Shown in pieces: positions 9,485 to 19,110 of a stretch of DNA of 64,000 bases; position 1 is the stretch's first letter; the number at the start of each line of letters is the position of its first letter. Origin of the DNA: an uncultured Desulfospira sp. (lineage in GTDB: Bacteria > Desulfobacterota > Desulfobacteria > Desulfobacterales > Desulfobacteraceae); the NCBI GenBank assembly GCA_963663165.1, contig OY760175.1, positions 4,640,001 through 4,704,000 on the forward strand, given 5' to 3'. The translations under genes and the position numbers were made by a program. The notes under the pieces are model-generated. The model worked only from the letters and a program-made list of their open reading frames with translations, made no database searches and was not told the DNA's origin.

Positions 9485-10594
9485 TCATTTAATTGATTTT
9501 ATAATTTCATCCGCGATTCTCTGCAGCGGGGCGATAACGTCGGCCAGTCCGGATTCGATGGGTTCTTTGGGCATACCGTAAACGGTGCATGAGGCCTGAT
9601 CCTGGGCAATGATAAAACTGCCGTTTTCTTTCATCCGGGCAAGCCCCTTGGTCCCGTCAGATCCCATTCCCGTCATGATCACGCCGGTTGCCCTCCCCAC
9701 ATAGTGCTGGGCAATGGATCTGAACAGGTAATCCACAGAAGGCTTGCAGCTGTTTTCCGGCGGATCATCGGTAATTTTGATTTTCCGGGAAATGCCGTCG
9801 GCTGCGGCCACAATCTTCATCTGCTTTCCGCCCGGGGCTATAAATACTGTTCCCGGTGCGATGGTGTCTCCGTCCTGGGCCTCTTTAATGGTCAAAGGGC
9901 TTTTTTTGTCCAGGCTGTTGGCAAGGGATGCCGTAAACATGGGCGGCATATGCTGGACGATCAATACCGGGGCTTTCAGGTTGCCAGGCAATAAAGGAAT
10001 CATCTGGGCCAGGGCATTGGGGCCGCCTGTGGAAATGCCGATTCCCACAATCTCAGATCTGGGGGGCAACGTCGGGCCGGTTTTGGGCACCGGCGTCTGC
10101 GGGGTGGCTGACAAGGGCTTCTGGGCAGGGGCTCTGAGGGGTGGAACAAGCTTCCTTTTTTCTAAAGTCGGCCCGAAACCGGACATTTTCCGGCGGATTA
10201 AGGTGGCCACAATGGGCTCTAATGTGGCCCGGATTTTTTCCGTATTTTCGGCCATCCGGCCTTCATCAGGCTTGGGAAGAAAATCAAAGGCCCCAAGTTC
10301 CAGTGCCCGGATGGTCATCTCGCTGCCTTCCTGGGTCAGGGTGGACACCATGATTACAGAAGGCGGATCATCATAGTCCTTCAGTTTTTCAAGAACCTGA
10401 ATCCCGTTCATTTCAGGCATTTCAATGTCAAGGGTGATCAGGTCAGGCTTAAGGGTTGAAATTTTTGAAAGGGCAATTTTACCGTTATTGGCTGTTCCAA
10501 CGACTTCGATACCCGATATTGATTTTAAAACATCCCCAACAATTTTTCTGTAGACAATGGTATCGTCCACCACCACTGCGGTAAGATTGGTCAT
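9485..10594 (-). CDS. cheB: Chemotaxis methylesterase CheB (REC + esterase)
   Basis: TLDIEMP REC; GISTGGP, VQHMP, PSVD, MTGMGSDG. Confidence 0.96.
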   Translation of the reverse strand: MTNLTAVVVDDTIVYRKIVGDVLKSISGIEVVGTANNGKIALSKISTLKPDLITLDIEMPEMNGIQVLEKLKDYDDPPSVIMVSTLTQEGSEMTIRALELGAFDFLPKPDEGRMAENTEKIRATLEPIVATLIRRKMSGFGPTLEKRKLVPPLRAPAQKPLSATPQTPVPKTGPTLPPRSEIVGIGISTGGPNALAQMIPLLPGNLKAPVLIVQHMPPMFTASLANSLDKKSPLTIKEAQDGDTIAPGTVFIAPGGKQMKIVAAADGISRKIKITDDPPENSCKPSVDYLFRSIAQHYVGRATGVIMTGMGSDGTKGLARMKENGSFIIAQDQASCTVYGMPKEPIESGLADVIAPLQRIADEIIKSIK

Positions 10595-11043
10595 TATTCT
10601 TTGAGAACCTCGTCTATGTCAAGTATACCGATCAGCTCTTTTTCCGTTTTCAGCACACCCTGGAAATATTTCCCCCTTGCGCCGCCGATATTGGACGGTG
10701 CCGGCTCAATATCATCTTCATCTGCTAAAACCACATCACTGATAGAGTCCACCAGAAGGCCGATGGGCTCGTCTTCCGAGTTGACGATAATATTCCGGTT
10801 GTCCTTGTCTTTATTGACAGGAACAAGCCCTAATTTTTTGCCTAAATCGACAATGGTCACAATCTTTCCCCTAAGGTTTAATATGCCTTCAATATATTCA
10901 GGTGACTGGGGAACTTTTGTAATTTCAAAATGCTTGTTTATCTCCTGGATATTCAGGATATTAATGCCGCACAATGCCCCTCCCACGTAAAACGTGGAGA
11001 ACTCCATATCTTTTGAAGATGTGTTATTTGCTGCTTTGCTCAT
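10594..11043 (-). CDS. cheW: Chemotaxis scaffold CheW
   Basis: ITKVP..PEYIEGILNLRGKIV, GLLVDSISDV; AAGGAG RBS before ATG 11043. Confidence 0.93.
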   Translation of the reverse strand: MSKAANNTSSKDMEFSTFYVGGALCGINILNIQEINKHFEITKVPQSPEYIEGILNLRGKIVTIVDLGKKLGLVPVNKDKDNRNIIVNSEDEPIGLLVDSISDVVLADEDDIEPAPSNIGGARGKYFQGVLKTEKELIGILDIDEVLKE

Positions 11044-11067
11044 GTTGTCTCCTTGAGTCCTCATAAA

Positions 11068-11086
11068 AAGCGTTTAGCGGTTAGCC
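11068..11086 (-). repeat. Degenerate ACAGCTA-type heptamer array upstream of cheW
   Basis: Minus strand ggctaac cgctaaa cgctt. Confidence 0.5.
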
Positions 11087-11173
11087 AAGCCGATACAATC
11101 CAAAGGTTGACTTTCGACAGTGAAAGGCCAATGGCGTTCATATGCCGGGCCTTAAAGCCCGGACCGGCCGGTT

Positions 11174-14100
11174 TTATTGAACATTCAGGTAAACCCGTAA
11201 TTTGGCCATCAGTTTTTCCCGGTCCAGCTTGATCTCGTATTCGTCAATTCCCACACTTCTGCCCTTTTCCATATGGGCCTCACTGGCCAGAGAGGTCAGG
11301 GCAATGACAGACAGATGCTGGTATTCCGGGGCGTTTTTAATCCGCTTGGTCAGTTCAAACCCATCCATGTTGGGCATTTCAAGGTCAGTGACCACAAGGT
11401 CAATTTCATCCACCCGGTCCTTGAGAAGTTCCCAGGCCACCAGTCCGTCTTCGGCCTCGATGACTTTATACCCGTCTTCTTCCATAAAGGTTCTGACCTG
11501 ATTTCTAAAAAAGGTGGAGTCTTCGGCAAACAGGATGATTTTTTCTCCGTCTTCGGACATGGCGGCTGCGGCTTGGGCTTCCTGCTTAAACCATTCCGGG
11601 TTTAAGAGTTTGATCATCTCAAAGATGTCCACCAGCAGCGTGGTATGTTCGTTGATGATCTGTGACCCGGTGATGGCCGGCTGCCTTAAGGTACTCTCAT
11701 CCGGGCTCAATGACACTTCCAAAGCATCCACCGGCGGGGTGACCATCAGGCCGATTTCCCTGTCTTTTACCTTGAAAACAACCACTTCCTGCTGTTCTCT
11801 TTGGGGCAGCTCACTGAAATTGGCCACCTGGGAGAGTTCATAAAGGGGAAGTGCCCCGCCCCTGTACTGAACCACTTTCCGCTCACCAATTTTTTCGATT
11901 TGTGAGGTTTGAATCCGTTCAATTCTTTCAACCAGGTTCAAGGGGGCTGCAAAATATTCGGTTTCGCCGTTTTTGAATGTCAACAGGGCCGCCTTGTCCT
12001 GGTTGGCCCTCGCGGCTTCCGCCTCTTGTGCGGTCTTGGCGATTTGGTTGGCTTCATCAATGGTGGCCAGTTCCGCCATCTGGGCCAGGTTGGAAATATC
12101 CAGAATAAGCGCGACTTTTCCATCCCCCATGATGGTGGCCCCGGCATAGGCCGAGCATCTTTTCAAATGCCGGCCCACCGGTTTGACAACAATTTCTTCT
12201 GAATCATGGAGGTTGTCCACAACCAGCCCGTATTTGTAGGGTCCGGCTGAAACTACAGCGATATTAATGGCACTGGCGGCATGGAAACGCCGGTCTTTTA
12301 CGACATCCCGTACGCCGTCTGCGGCCTCTTTTTCATTTTTATCGTCTTTCTGTTGCGGTTGGAGTCGCTTGGATCTCCGGTCTGCTATATTCATCCGTTG
12401 ATCCGGAATTTCCTCATTGGTTTCAGGGTCAACATAGGTTTTCTTGATGTTAAGAACTTTGGCCAGGTTGAGCAGGGGCAGCAGTTCTCCCCTTAACCGG
12501 ACCACATCAGCGTCCCCGACTTTTTCGATTTTTTCTTTGACCTGGGCTGCCGGAATCCTGAGCAGTTCGTTGAGGTTCACCTGGGGCAGGGCATAACGTT
12601 CATTGCCGACAGAGGTGATCTGGCTGGGGATAATGGCCAGGGTCAGCGGCAGCTTGATCTGAATGTCGGTTCCCTTTCCCGGGGTGGAATCAATCTCAAT
12701 AATTCCGCCAAGGCTTTCAATGTTGGTTGTGACAACATCCATGCCCACCCCCCGGCCGGACACATCGGTGATTTGTTCTGCCGTGGAAAAGCCGGGAAGG
12801 AAAATTAATTCCATTTTGGTTTTATCCGACATGTCGGCGACCTGCTGTTCTGTTTTCAACCCCTTGTTAACAGCGGATTGGGCTATTTTTTCAGGGTTCA
12901 GTCCCCGGCCGTCGTCGGAAATGACGATGTTGACCTGTCCGGCTTCATGAAAGGCTTTAAGAAAAATCTTTCCCGTGGATGGTTTCCCGATCTGCTCCCT
13001 TTCCATGGGCGTTTCGATGCCGTGGTCAATGGAGTTTCTAACCAGATGGGTCAAGGGGTCATTAATGGATTCAAGAATGGTTTTGTCCAGTTCAACTTCC
13101 TTGCCCTCGATGATCAGGTCAATGGATTTGCCAAGCTGCTGGGACAGGTCCCGGACCACCCGTGTAAATTTGTTAAAGATGTTGGCTATGGGCTGCATCC
13201 TCGTTCTCATGATGGCTTCCTGGAGTTCCGAGGTGATCATGTCGATGCGCTGACTGGACAGCTCTGTTGCCTTTCCATTGGATGAGTTGATGCCCTGAAG
13301 AAGCTGGTTCCGGCTTAGAACCAGTTCCCCGGCAAGGTTCATCAGCGTATCCAGAAGCCCGACATTCACCCTGAGAGAAGACTGGGTTTTCTGGGCAAGA
13401 TGGATATCTTTGTCTGCGGCCTTTGCCGGTTCCTGGGCGGCGGGCTTGGCAACCGGTGCGGCCTGCTGTGGGGCGGGCGCGGCTTCCTGAACGACAGGTT
13501 TGGCCGGGGCAACGGGTTCCGGTGCCGCCGCTGCTGTTTCAACTTTCTGAGCGGCCATGACTTTGGGGGCCTCTCCTGAAGCCGGCGCCGAAGAGGCCTG
13601 AGCCATTTCCGGGGTTATTTCATGAATGAAGTTGCTTTTAAGGTCGAAAAGGGTTTCAGTCATATCGGCTTCGATAATAGACCCAAAAAGAATTTGAAGC
13701 GGGATGTTTGCCGGCAACCCGGGAGCGTCAAGGGAGCCCGTGATGTCAAAATCCGTCCTGGAATCTATGATAACACCAGTTTTCTTGAGGTTTTCGAACA
13801 CATCCGCGGGCTGTTTCCCTTTTTGATGGATGTCTGCCATCAGATCGTATTCCACAAGGAAAATGTTCTTGCCTTCACCGCGCAGGGTCTCTATTTCCTG
13901 CTTGGGGGCTTTTTCAAAAATCCGTCCGTCTTTAAGGACGATATCCACTGTTTCAAGAGTGGCGGGGGCTGCTTCCGCCGCGGCAGGCGTTGCGGCAGGC
14001 GCATCTTCCTGTGGCGATGCATTGGTGATATTTTCAAGGGCCTTTACATGTTCGCTGATGTCCACTTCGTTGCTGGATTCAATGTTGTTCAAAAGGGTTT

Positions 14101-14398
14101 CAAGCTTGTCAAACCCTTTGAGCAGGATGCTGATTTTGCCGGAATCAGGAACAAGCTCTTTGTTTCTGATCAGCCCGAGTACGTTTTCCAGATTGTGGGC
14201 AAGATCTTTGATGGTGGTCAACCCCATGAAACCGGCCCCGCCTTTGACGGAGTGGGCGGCCCTAAAGACATTGTTGACCAGGTCAATATCGATATTGGCT
14301 CCGGCCTCTTCGATTGCAAGCAGGTCACTTTCAATATCCCCAAGGTGGTCGAGCGATTCCTCAATGTACATTTGTAGGGTTTCGTCATCTTCAAACAT
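11174..14398 (-). CDS. cheA: Hybrid CheA (HPt-dimerisation-HATPase-CheW-CheW-REC)
   Basis: FRAAHSVKG HPt; HLVRNSIDHG, DDGRG, SGRGVGMDVV; two CheW-like domains; C-terminal REC (VTDLEMP); AGGAG RBS. Confidence 0.95.
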   Translation of the reverse strand: MFEDDETLQMYIEESLDHLGDIESDLLAIEEAGANIDIDLVNNVFRAAHSVKGGAGFMGLTTIKDLAHNLENVLGLIRNKELVPDSGKISILLKGFDKLETLLNNIESSNEVDISEHVKALENITNASPQEDAPAATPAAAEAAPATLETVDIVLKDGRIFEKAPKQEIETLRGEGKNIFLVEYDLMADIHQKGKQPADVFENLKKTGVIIDSRTDFDITGSLDAPGLPANIPLQILFGSIIEADMTETLFDLKSNFIHEITPEMAQASSAPASGEAPKVMAAQKVETAAAAPEPVAPAKPVVQEAAPAPQQAAPVAKPAAQEPAKAADKDIHLAQKTQSSLRVNVGLLDTLMNLAGELVLSRNQLLQGINSSNGKATELSSQRIDMITSELQEAIMRTRMQPIANIFNKFTRVVRDLSQQLGKSIDLIIEGKEVELDKTILESINDPLTHLVRNSIDHGIETPMEREQIGKPSTGKIFLKAFHEAGQVNIVISDDGRGLNPEKIAQSAVNKGLKTEQQVADMSDKTKMELIFLPGFSTAEQITDVSGRGVGMDVVTTNIESLGGIIEIDSTPGKGTDIQIKLPLTLAIIPSQITSVGNERYALPQVNLNELLRIPAAQVKEKIEKVGDADVVRLRGELLPLLNLAKVLNIKKTYVDPETNEEIPDQRMNIADRRSKRLQPQQKDDKNEKEAADGVRDVVKDRRFHAASAINIAVVSAGPYKYGLVVDNLHDSEEIVVKPVGRHLKRCSAYAGATIMGDGKVALILDISNLAQMAELATIDEANQIAKTAQEAEAARANQDKAALLTFKNGETEYFAAPLNLVERIERIQTSQIEKIGERKVVQYRGGALPLYELSQVANFSELPQREQQEVVVFKVKDREIGLMVTPPVDALEVSLSPDESTLRQPAITGSQIINEHTTLLVDIFEMIKLLNPEWFKQEAQAAAAMSEDGEKIILFAEDSTFFRNQVRTFMEEDGYKVIEAEDGLVAWELLKDRVDEIDLVVTDLEMPNMDGFELTKRIKNAPEYQHLSVIALTSLASEAHMEKGRSVGIDEYEIKLDREKLMAKLRVYLNVQ

Positions 14399-14595
14399 AA
14401 TAATTCTCCTGTCCTGAAGGCTTTTTGTCTTTGAAAAAGGAAAAATACCCAATGATTGAACAGTTTACAAAAAAGAAAATGGAAAGTCAAACTAAGAAAT
14501 GGGGATAATCAAGGATATTTCCCTGCTACGGCTTATTGCAAATTCGTATTAAATGATAAAATATATTTTTGAAAATAACAATATTTTATAACCAG

Positions 14596-15831
14596 TCAGG
14601 ATTCAAGTTTTCTGAGAATATCGTTGATACGAAAAGTGCCGTCCATGCGAATCCGGGCTTTGGTGTTTGGCTGGCCGTAATCTATTGGATTCATGTCAAT
14701 ATCCGTTAATGAAAGGATAGCGGATGTCCTGGCTGATCCTGTTGCCGATAAGATTTCAACCCGGTCTGTGATTCCAATTTTGTTACGAATTTCCACCAAA
14801 CAGGAGCCGTTTTCGTAAACGTCGACAATTTTTCCAATGAAACTGTGAATTTTGCCCTGATGGGTGTTGTCATAATTGGGAGAAACCTCGTTGGGGTTTC
14901 CGAAATAAAACCCGGTGCAGTAGGGCCTGTGAAAGGTCAGGTCCAGTTCTTTTATCCATTCTTCTTTGACGCGATATGTCTGGGGATTGTCCACATAAGC
15001 ATTGATGGCGCTGCGATAAGTTTGGACGGCTGATGCCAGGTAGTTGATCCCTTTCATTCTTCCTTCAATCTTAAGGGAAGATATCCCGGCCAAGACCAGT
15101 TCCGGAATGTGATGGATCATGCACAGGTCCCGGGAATTAAAAAGATAGGATCCCCTGTCATCCTGGGCCAGGGGATGGAATTCATTGGGCCGAAGCTCTT
15201 CCACCACAGAATATTTCCATCTGCAGGGATGGCTACAAAGCCCCCGGTTGCTGTCCCGGTTGCTCAAAAAGCTGCTTAATAGGCATCGGCCGGAATAGGA
15301 CATGCACATGGCGCCATGGATAAAGGTTTCGGTCTGGATGTTCGCCTGACCGGTAATCTCTTTGATTTCCTTAAGAGAGAGTTCCCGGGCCAGGTTGACC
15401 CGGGCAATCCCCATTTTTTCCCAGAATTTTACCGTGTTGATATTGGTGGTGTTGGCCTGGGTGCTTAAATGGATGGGGATGTCGGGGATGATCTGCCGGG
15501 CCAGCAGAATGATGCCGGGATCTGAAAGAATAACAGCATCGGGCCGGAAATGGCCAACTTTTGTCAGAAAGGTTTTTATCTGCTCCTGTTCATGGTTTCT
15601 GGAATAGATATTACAGGCCAGGTAGACCTTCACCTTGTTTTGATGGGCCATCTTGACGGCCTGGCTTAATTCTTCATCTGTGAAGTTGCCGGAAAAATTT
15701 CTCAGGCTGAAATCTTTGCCGGCCAGGTATACGGCGTCGGCACCGTAATGAATGGCAATTTCAAGTTTTTCAAAATTTCCGGCAGGCGCCAGAAGTTCCG
15801 GTTTCTTTAAGTTCGTTTCCTGAAAACCCAA
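14596..15831 (-). CDS. U32 family protein (TrhP/YegQ-like tRNA hydroxylation)
   Basis: PELLAPAG, HLSTQAN, HGAMCMSYSGRCLLS, CSHPCRW, SLKIEGR; TTG start. Confidence 0.9.
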   Translation of the reverse strand: MGFQETNLKKPELLAPAGNFEKLEIAIHYGADAVYLAGKDFSLRNFSGNFTDEELSQAVKMAHQNKVKVYLACNIYSRNHEQEQIKTFLTKVGHFRPDAVILSDPGIILLARQIIPDIPIHLSTQANTTNINTVKFWEKMGIARVNLARELSLKEIKEITGQANIQTETFIHGAMCMSYSGRCLLSSFLSNRDSNRGLCSHPCRWKYSVVEELRPNEFHPLAQDDRGSYLFNSRDLCMIHHIPELVLAGISSLKIEGRMKGINYLASAVQTYRSAINAYVDNPQTYRVKEEWIKELDLTFHRPYCTGFYFGNPNEVSPNYDNTHQGKIHSFIGKIVDVYENGSCLVEIRNKIGITDRVEILSATGSARTSAILSLTDIDMNPIDYGQPNTKARIRMDGTFRINDILRKLES

Positions 15832-15878
15832 GGAATTAATCCAGCGTTTTGTATATTATTGAACCGATCAGGCAGTAT

Positions 15879-15910
15879 TCTTGTTTCTTGTATCACGTTT
15901 CCAGTCTCTT
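15879..15910. repeat. Heptamer array (TCTTGTT-type), left arm of inverted pair around tRNA-Arg
   Basis: tcttgtt tcttgta tcacgtt tccagtc tctt; 26/32 match to the reverse complement of 16132-16163. Confidence 0.7.
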
Positions 15911-15912
15911 GA

Positions 15913-15987
15913 TGGTGCCCCCGGCAGGAATCGAACCTGCGCTCAAGGATTAGGAATCCTATGCTCTATCCACTGAGCTACGGGGGC
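15913..15987 (-). tRNA. tRNA-Arg(CCT)
   Basis: Reverse complement GCCCCCGTAGCTCAGTGGATAGAGC...TTCCTAA...GGTTCGATTCC...GGGGGCACCA. Confidence 0.95.
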
Positions 15988-16064
15988 TTAAGTTCAAACA
16001 AGTCCGGGAAAAGTTACCAGGGATATGTGCTTTACATCCCGACACGGCTCAAGTTCGGCCTGAT

Positions 16065-16093
16065 TTTATACCCCAATGGCATTAATAAGGCAA
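16065..16093 (-). promoter_or_regulatory. Putative sigma70 promoter for tRNA-Arg
   Basis: Minus strand TTGCCT-17 nt-TATAAA. Confidence 0.6.
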
Positions 16094-16131
16094 GGACAAA
16101 ATATCCTGGGTTATCCGGTCTGATTTTTTAT

Positions 16132-16163
16132 AAGAAACTGGAGACAAGAAACAAGAGACAAGA
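16132..16163. repeat. Heptamer array (GAGACAA-type), right arm of inverted pair around tRNA-Arg
   Basis: aagaaactg gagacaa gaaacaa gagacaa ga. Confidence 0.75.
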
Positions 16164-16254
16164 GGGCGAAGCACCTGCGGTGCCCAATTTATAGTCTACC
16201 GTTGCTGGTATCTTCAGTTTCATTATTCGTTGTGGGCTTGTGCCCCATGGCAGA

Positions 16255-16346
16255 TATATGAAAGTCTCACTAACCTCTTAAGAAGACGTTCATTATTTGT
16301 TGTGGGCGGTTCTTGGTTGGATAACCAAGACGGCCCGTGGCCGTTA
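16255..16346 (-). repeat. Stop-codon-anchored structured repeat, copy 1
   Basis: Reverse complement matches 48612-48705 with 5 mismatches and a 2-nt indel; begins at the TAA of the transglycosylase gene. Confidence 0.9.
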
Positions 16347-18164
16347 TTCGATGATCAGTTTCTGGCCCGGATAGATTTTGCTCCTTTTATTCAGCCGGTT
16401 CAAAGAAAGGAGCCGGTCCAGGCTCATGTTGTGTTTTTTTGCAATCAAAAAAGGACTGTCACCAGACTGGACCCGGTATGTTTCCTGCCCGGTTGAGTCT
16501 GGTTTTTGATCCCCGGAAGGAACTTCCAGAGACTGGCCGACGGTCAGGTTAGTGTTTTTCAGGCCGTTGGCGGCCATGATCTGCCGTGTGCTGGTAGAAA
16601 ACCGGTTGGCAATAAGCCAGAGGTTGTCTCCCTGTTTGACTTTATACTTAACGGTTTCGTCCGGCCGCCGGGTGGCGGTTGGTGCAGAAGAAACGGTTTG
16701 TCCCGTCCGATTGGGAATTTTAAGCAATTTTCCGGCAATGATGGTGTGTTTCCTGCCGATCCGGTTGGCCCGGGAAATGGCCTTGACAGAGGTATGATAC
16801 CGGTCGGCAATGCCGGACAGGGTTTCGCCTCTTCTGACCCGGTGATACACAAAGGCCGCGGGGGGGGAATAGTTAATGGTGTTTACTTTCTCCAGGCTGG
16901 CCATAAATTGAGTAGAATCGCCCTGAGGGATTTTAAGCGAATAGGGCTCAGCCGGCAGCAACTCGTATCTAAGTTCCGGGTTGAGATCTTTGAGCTGGGG
17001 CAGTGGAATGCCGGTTGCCTTTGCAATGTCTTTGAGCCTGAGTTGCCTGTTGATTTCAACTGTTTTGTAAGAAAGGGGTTCTAAAGGATTTTCAGCGCAG
17101 ATATCATAGGTCTCCAGATTGTTAATTATATGGAGGGTGGCCAGAAATCTGGGGACATACCGGGCGGTTTCCCTGGGAAGGCTCTGGTAGAGGTCCCAGA
17201 AGTTATCCAGGTAGTTTATTTTTTGATTTCGAATGAGCTTCAATACCCTGCCCTCGCCGCAATTGTAGGCTGCTAATGCAGTGGCCCAGTCTCCAAAAAG
17301 TTCATGGAGTTCTTTGAGGTAGGCAATGGCAGCTCTGGTGGATTTTACCGGATCCATGCGCTCGTCAATATAATAGTTGCGGGAAAGCCCGAATTTATAT
17401 CCGGTAGACGGAATGAACTGCCAGAGCCCTAAGGCCCGGGCAGGGGAAAGTGCTCTGATTTGAAAGCCGCTTTCAATAAGCGGCAGCCATGAAATTTCTT
17501 CGGGCAGCCCTGATTTTTTTAATTCACTGACAATCATGGGTCTGTATCGGGCGGACCGCTCAAGGGCCCTGATAAAAAACCCTTTTTCGGGGCCGGTCAG
17601 GCGCTTAATTTCATTGTTGACATGGGTGTTTAAGGTAACGGGTATTTCATTGTGAGGCCCGGTGGCAACGATTTGACGGGAGGCATAGATTTCAAGAATC
17701 CGTTTTGAAATTAAAAATCGGATATCTTCTTTTTGCTGAGTGATTTCGGGAGCAATTTCGGAATCTAGTTCTAAAATGAGGTAATAGGCATTGTCCAGGT
17801 TTGAAAGGGCCTCTTCAAGGTTGCCCTGCTCCCACATTTTCTGGGCATGGTTGCAGAGTTCAAGGGCCTTATCAATTTTATCCTGGTCAGGTCCCTGGCT
17901 AGCTTCCGGGGGGCTTGTCCGGGTCACACCGCCGGTATCAGAAGCCGTGGAGATAGAAATCTCACTTGTATTTTTTTCTAAATTTTTATTTTTTCTCGAA
18001 TGAAATAAAATGTTGCAATTATCGTTTGATTTTGAAGGGTTATCTAAGCTCGAGCTATCGCCATTGGTTGAGTCAACTGGTCCGGCAATTCTAGTCTGGG
18101 ATTGCTGGCATCCTGATATAAGTAACAGGATAATTGTCAAGATAGCCAGTTTTTTGAGTGCCAT
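16344..18164 (-). CDS. mltD: MltD-like lytic murein transglycosylase lipoprotein with three LysM domains
   Basis: Lipobox (ISGC), IES catalytic motif, GLWQF, AAYNCG, ETARYVP; LysM repeats HRVRRGETL, YKVKQGDNL, YRVQSGDS. Confidence 0.9.
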   Translation of the reverse strand: MALKKLAILTIILLLISGCQQSQTRIAGPVDSTNGDSSSLDNPSKSNDNCNILFHSRKNKNLEKNTSEISISTASDTGGVTRTSPPEASQGPDQDKIDKALELCNHAQKMWEQGNLEEALSNLDNAYYLILELDSEIAPEITQQKEDIRFLISKRILEIYASRQIVATGPHNEIPVTLNTHVNNEIKRLTGPEKGFFIRALERSARYRPMIVSELKKSGLPEEISWLPLIESGFQIRALSPARALGLWQFIPSTGYKFGLSRNYYIDERMDPVKSTRAAIAYLKELHELFGDWATALAAYNCGEGRVLKLIRNQKINYLDNFWDLYQSLPRETARYVPRFLATLHIINNLETYDICAENPLEPLSYKTVEINRQLRLKDIAKATGIPLPQLKDLNPELRYELLPAEPYSLKIPQGDSTQFMASLEKVNTINYSPPAAFVYHRVRRGETLSGIADRYHTSVKAISRANRIGRKHTIIAGKLLKIPNRTGQTVSSAPTATRRPDETVKYKVKQGDNLWLIANRFSTSTRQIMAANGLKNTNLTVGQSLEVPSGDQKPDSTGQETYRVQSGDSPFLIAKKHNMSLDRLLSLNRLNKRSKIYPGQKLIIE

Positions 18165-18562
18165 CGAATTCTTTCTCCTTCAAGATAAAAAAGATAAATG
18201 ATCGGATTTTAAGTAATAATTAGTAGATTTGAACAAAGTTGTCAACAATATAGCTGATTTTTTTTTATTTGTTTGTATCAGGCGGTGAAAATTTGAATCT
18301 GGCAACAGAAAGGGCTTTTGGCTTTTTGGTGGATTCAATGGTGATGTCAACTAGATAAAAAAGAAATTTAATTGCTTGTAACCCGGGCGCAAATGGTGTA
18401 TACCCGCCCAAGTTGTTTTGGAGATTGGCCGGTTTCCGGGTAAGAACGGGGAATTCGGGGAAAATCTCGATAAAGTGAGATTTTTGGAGGGAATTTGGCA
18501 AATTCAGCTATTAAGATGGTAAAAATCTAATCTCTATATTGATTTTTGCCTGAAAATTATGC

Positions 18563-18591
18563 TTGATTAATGTAATTCACTCTGATATTAT
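18563..18591 (+). promoter_or_regulatory. Putative sigma70 promoter of the tRNA-tuf operon
   Basis: TTGATT-17 nt-TATTAT with extended -10 TGn. Confidence 0.65.
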
Positions 18592-18635
18592 CTTTCGGTC
18601 TTTTTGTCGAGGTGTTTGTCCTCGATAGAAGATGA

Positions 18636-18711
18636 GCCGATATAGCTCAGTAGGTAGAGCATCTCACTTGTAATGAGAATGTCCTCCGTTCGATTCGGGG
18701 TATCGGCTCCA
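18636..18711 (+). tRNA. tRNA-Thr(TGT)
   Basis: GCCGATATAGCTCAG...CTTGTAA...GTTCGATTC...TATCGGCTCCA. Confidence 0.95.
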
Positions 18712-18722
18712 AAAAAAGTTGA

Positions 18723-18807
18723 GGTGGGGTTCCCGAGTGGTCAAAGGGATCAGACTGTAAATCTGACGGCTCAGCCTTCGGAGGTTCAAATCCTCCCCCC
18801 ACCACCA
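18723..18807 (+). tRNA. tRNA-Tyr(GTA)
   Basis: GGTGGGGTTCCCGAG...CTGTAAA, long variable arm, GGTTCAAATCC, CCA end. Confidence 0.96.
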
Positions 18808-18873
18808 AAATGTAGGAGATTAACACTGGTCGTACTACAGATTGGCTGAAAAGTCGATGAATTAAGTGTAAGT

Positions 18874-18949
18874 GCGGGAGTAGCTCAGTTGGTAGAGCTT
18901 CAGCCTTCCAAGCTGAATGTCGCGAGTTCGAACCTCGTCTCCCGCTCCA
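18874..18949 (+). tRNA. tRNA-Gly(TCC)
   Basis: GCGGGAGTAGCTCAG...CTTCCAA...GTTCGAAC...CTCCCGCTCCA. Confidence 0.96.
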
Positions 18950-19010
18950 GCCAGAGAATCTTCACATTGAAAATAAGACTTTATTATATTAATTTGGATT
19001 GCCTTTCAGT

Positions 19011-19087
19011 GCCCATGTAGCTCAGTCGGTAGAGCGCTTCCTTGGTAAGGAAGAGGTTCACCAGTTCGATTCTGGTCATGGGCTCCA
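19011..19087 (+). tRNA. tRNA-Thr(GGT)
   Basis: GCCCATGTAGCTCAG...TTGGTAA...GTTCGATTC...CATGGGCTCCA. Confidence 0.95.
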
Positions 19088-19110
19088 CTTAACGGCAGGA
19101 GGATTAAAAA

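Noticed and set aside
16219..16307. 19-bp direct repeats as a CRISPR array
   Set aside because: Only two short units; the spacer sequence partly recurs at 48.7 kb; no cas genes
18165..18560. 78-aa ORF or sRNA in the mltD-tRNA divergent gap
   Set aside because: A/T-rich promoter region; only short hairpins; no coding or RNA family signal I can support
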